A stretch of DNA of 35,323 bases from Pelomyxa schiedti (taxonomy: Eukaryota > Protista > Evosea), in NCBI GenBank assembly GCA_020536535.1, contig JAHLWZ010000381.1:63001-98323 (forward strand), read 5' to 3'. Position numbers and translations under genes: made by a program. The notes below the pieces were generated by a model, which did no database searches, was not told the DNA's origin, and saw only the letters and a program-made list of their open reading frames with translations. Numbering within the stretch: position 1 is the first letter of the stretch; each line of letters opens with the position of its first letter. Shown one piece after another: positions 33,101-35,323 of this stretch.

Positions 33101-35280
33101 GACGAAAGGGAATTGCAAGAGACTCTCGTGGATCTGTTTGATGTCACTCCATGTACGTCCCTCTCTTCTTCTTTTCTCGTTTTTTACTTTTGTTTCCTTT
33201 TTCTCTTCAAACAGCTGAACCCACAATCGTGGTTCTGAACCAACAAGGGGAGATGGTTTCCAAACATTCGGTTCATGTTCTCTTCAAAGAATTTGCCCAC
33301 CTCAAGTTCCCATGGTCAGTCGAATCTGTCAAGTGGGTGAAGTTTGAGTCACACAAACATCCTCTCGAGTTGTTGTCAACTCCAGAGTTCGTTTGTTCAA
33401 AATGTAACGAGGGTGGATCGGGATTGGCATATCACTGCCATTTGGACAGTCAGGACTTCCATCCACGGTGCACATCAGGTCCCTCTGAGTTGCCGGAATG
33501 GATCTTTTACAAAGGTCATGAGCACCCAGTTCGTCTGGACCAGAAGAGTTCTCCCCCCGAATATCACTGCAAGAAGTGCTCGCACGATGTTGAGCTCAAA
33601 GATTGCCTCAAACTGAAAAAGATTGATCCGCCACCAAAACCAATATTCTCATGGAGCATGTTTGACGGACATGAAACACCACTCCAGTTGGTATTCAAGA
33701 GCGGCTCTTATCAGTGTGCGCAATGCAAAGCAACAAAAGAAGGGGACTGGGTTTATCACTGTCCCAAGAGTAACCTTGACCGCGAGCCTTCCTGCCTCGG
33801 TGATCCCCACCCGTTGTCCAAATGGCTGAAGCTTGAATATCACCCCCACCCTGTCAAACTCACTGAGAAATCGCCAGTGAGCTGGAGTGATCTGCAGTGT
33901 AGTATATGCAGGAAACGTTGCACCAAGTGGTATTACACCTGCCCCGACTGTGAAAAGTTCTGCGTGGAAGTTGAATGCACTCTGACACAACCCTGTGAGG
34001 CACTTCCTGATCCCGTGGTGGAACCAAACAACTGGAAGAAATTCCCCAAAGACCCACACCCATTGAAAATGGTGTTCATGAAGGACTTCCAGTGTTGCCA
34101 GTGCGAGAAACCGGGATCATGTTGGGCACTCGAGTGCAAAGTGTGCAAACCGGAAGGTGTTTATTTCCACCCACAGTGTGCTGGAGAGCCTCGTGAACTC
34201 CCAAAGTTGGTCCTCGAATCAGGTGACTCGGCACACCCTCATCCACTTGCCTTGAAGTCGTCTGAATATGGTGGTACATGTGACAAATGTGGTGATGACA
34301 TCGAAGATACAGAGCAATTTTATTATTGCAAGCTCGATGGCCATTGCCTTCATTTGAAATGTTGTCTGTCAGCCACAGAACTTCCCGACGTCGAGGGGAA
34401 GCCACTGACGTGGAAGAAGTGCAACCAAGACACACACCCAGTGCAGCTGGTCCTGAGCAGCGGCGAGTTCACGTGCCACCACTGCAACAAGCCAAAACCG
34501 GGACCCGCGTGGGCGTACAGGTGCCACACCGAGAACGTTTTCTTCCACGTCGAGTGCCTCGAGAACCCGCAGAACCCGCAGAGGTGGATCATCCTCAACA
34601 GCAAGCACAAGCACCCGCTCCAGTTCGGCAAGAACCCAGGGTTCCTCAAACCCAAGTGCTGTGTGTGCAACAGCGACGGCGACATGGATGCGCAGGTGTA
34701 CGTCTACTTCTGCGAGAGCTGCAACGACTGGTGCCACGTCAAGTGCATGGAAGGGTGCGTGCCGCCGCCGCCGTTGATCAAGATCAAGAAGCACCAGCAC
34801 CCCCTGGCGTTCGTGGAGGCGGCCCCGCCCAAGCCAGAGGGCGCCGACGACGACAACAACATCGACGGCGACAGCGACGACGAGCGCGCGGCCGCCGCGC
34901 AGTGCGACACGTGCTACGGCGAGATCGCCGGGGAGCAGCACTACAAGTGCACAAAGTGCCCCGCTGTAAGGCACATCGGGTGCTGCTCCAAGCCCCAGGC
35001 GTTCGACCCCCTCGCCCCCGTCGGTGACGACGAAGACAGTAGCAGAAAGGGGAAGACAAAGGCCGATGCAGACAGTGACGACAGCGACGATGACAGCGAC
35101 GACGATGACGAGGACCACGGGTCTCAAGAGCAGTTTTTACTAGCGGCAAAGATGCGCGCCATAGAAGCCAGATATGCAACTTCCCAACATCTCCATGGCC
35201 ACCAGGCTGAAGACTCCAAGGCAGACAAAGGTAAAGACAAGGCCGAGGATGAAGCCGACTCCAGTGCCAGTGACGACTGA
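24581..35280 (+). CDS. Giant NACHT-family STAND NTPase (NLR-like) with pentapeptide repeats, a WD40-like beta-propeller, an acidic tract and nine C-terminal tandem DC1-like zinc fingers. CDS is join(24581..33152, 33215..35280), about 3,545 aa, with a single 62-nt phase-1 intron (GTACGT...ttcaaacag)
   Basis: Exon 1 is an 8.57-kb uninterrupted ORF. It contains Walker A LVLVGSGGTGKS (about 27150-27185), Walker B RVLFILDGYDEI (about 27361-27396), a sensor-like SSRP, LRTPFILTMFMEI, and the NACHT winged-helix motif FLHKSLQEYFIAYKI (about 28331-28375). The donor GTACGT at 33153 and the acceptor after a 45-nt pyrimidine-rich tract (ag at 33213-33214) join in frame (...LFDVTP-S-EPTIVVLNQ...) to a 2.07-kb ORF of DC1-like repeats, ending at TGA 35278..35280. 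If unspliced, the reading frame ends 28 codons after the donor in pyrimidine-tract sequence (LSSSFLVFYFCFLFLF). Confidence 0.8.
27130..28380 (+). other. NACHT NTPase domain of the giant protein
   Basis: GSGGTGKS (P-loop), hhhhDGYDE (Walker B with the NACHT-typical acidic pair), LVSSRP, the GxP-like RTPFILTMF and FLHKSLQEYFIA are all present, in canonical NACHT order and spacing. Confidence 0.85.
28788..28890 (+). other. Internal DC1-like / C1-like Cys-His zinc finger
   Basis: WTCNICGSVGDLENPDDEYWHCGKCDLDLCKNC has the pattern C-x2-C-x14-H-C-x2-C-D-L-D-L-C-x2-C. This resembles the DC1 core (Y-x-C-x2-C-d-f-d-L-H-x2-C). Confidence 0.55.
29790..29965 (+). other. Pentapeptide-repeat block of about 11 tandem A(D/N)LxX units
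   Basis: HNFSNVDLRHIHINGADLSGGIFGGASLVKADLSDCKMQQVWLSGADLAHCDMTGVSFNE shows A[DN]L / xDLxx periodicity every 5 residues. Confidence 0.8.
30060..32700 (+). other. WD40-like beta-propeller region, divergent repeats, interrupted by a poly-Asp/Glu tract at about 31560..31760
   Basis: WD-like strands recur: VQCNQCKFSPNGKKICFVMSGDQSVLVLE, IKSICFSADSSVLAISVS, ISMFALSPTRNKLAGFSQKTGKVTVWEF, LSVLSFSPKGTWLLAGT, NLRPCFSSDGKYVAGCDASTLFLWDL, HIFSVTASGDNMLVVVAGRDIHYIRV. The acidic insertion reads DDGDSKESEDNHEDKDNDKDEDEDQAKDKDEDEDEDEDEDEDESENEYESEDE. Confidence 0.6.
31560..31760 (+). repeat. GAN/GAY triplet-repeat tract, (gaa/gac/gat/gag)n, encoding the poly-D/E insertion
   Basis: gacgaagacgaagaccaagccaaagataaagacgaagatgaagatgaagatgaggatgaagatgaggacgagagtgagaatgag is read directly. 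Confidence 0.8.
33340..35000 (+). other. Nine tandem DC1-like (divergent C1, Cys/His-rich) zinc-finger repeats at the C-terminus of the giant protein
   Basis: Each unit has H-x-H-P-(L/V)-x-(L/F) followed by C-x2-C ... (Y/W)-x-C-x2-C ... H/C-x-x-C. Examples: HKHPLELLSTPEFVCSKCNEGGSGLAYHCHLDSQDFHPRC; HPHPVKLTEK...CSICRKRCTKWYYTCPDCEKFCVEVEC; HKHPLQFGKN...CCVCNSDGDMDAQVYVYFCESCNDWCHVKC; HQHPLAFVEA...CDTCYGEIAGEQHYKCTKCPAVRHIGC. GC3 rises markedly across the last three units. Confidence 0.7.
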
Positions 35281-35323
35281 TCTTCTACCTAAATATACAT
35301 CTTAGAAAGTTAAAAAAATGCTC

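Overview
This is a eukaryotic nuclear locus, not a prokaryotic one. Conserved protein domains are interrupted by short GT-AG spliceosomal introns of about 38-110 nt, with donors such as GTAAGT, GTGAGT, GTATGT and GTACGT. There are no rRNA or tRNA genes, no CRISPR arrays and no recognisable transposons. Reading left to right: (1) a GHMP-family sugar kinase on the minus strand, running off the window edge; (2) a multi-exon RhoGAP-domain gene (+), possibly continuing into low-complexity, coiled-coil ORFs up to about 3.9 kb; (3) a poorly defined multi-exon gene (+) at about 4.2-6.5 kb; (4) a secreted GH3 beta-glucosidase / exo-beta-glucanase (+) with 7 exons and an apparent frameshift; (5) a Pro/Gln-rich protein (-) carrying a 21-bp coding tandem repeat; (6) a BAR/PH/ArfGAP/ankyrin gene (-) of the ACAP/AGD type with a Pro-rich tail; (7) a 663-aa highly charged low-complexity protein (-); (8) a C2-domain protein with two YbjQ/DUF74-like domains (-); (9) a cytosolic Hsp104/Hsp101/ClpB disaggregase (-) with at least 11 exons; (10) a 4-exon calmodulin-like EF-hand protein (-); and (11) a giant, nearly intronless gene (+) of about 3,545 codons occupying the last 10.7 kb. 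Gene 11 is the standout. It encodes a NACHT-type signal-transducing NTPase (STAND family) that combines a roughly 830-aa N-terminal region of unknown function, a NACHT NTPase module, an internal DC1-like Cys/His zinc finger, a block of pentapeptide repeats, a long WD40-like beta-propeller region with an embedded poly-Asp/Glu tract, and, after a single 62-nt phase-1 intron, nine tandem DC1-like zinc-finger repeats. This is an NLR-like architecture that I do not recognise as a described family. All coordinates are from manual frame and splice-site reading, so exon boundaries may be off by a few nucleotides.
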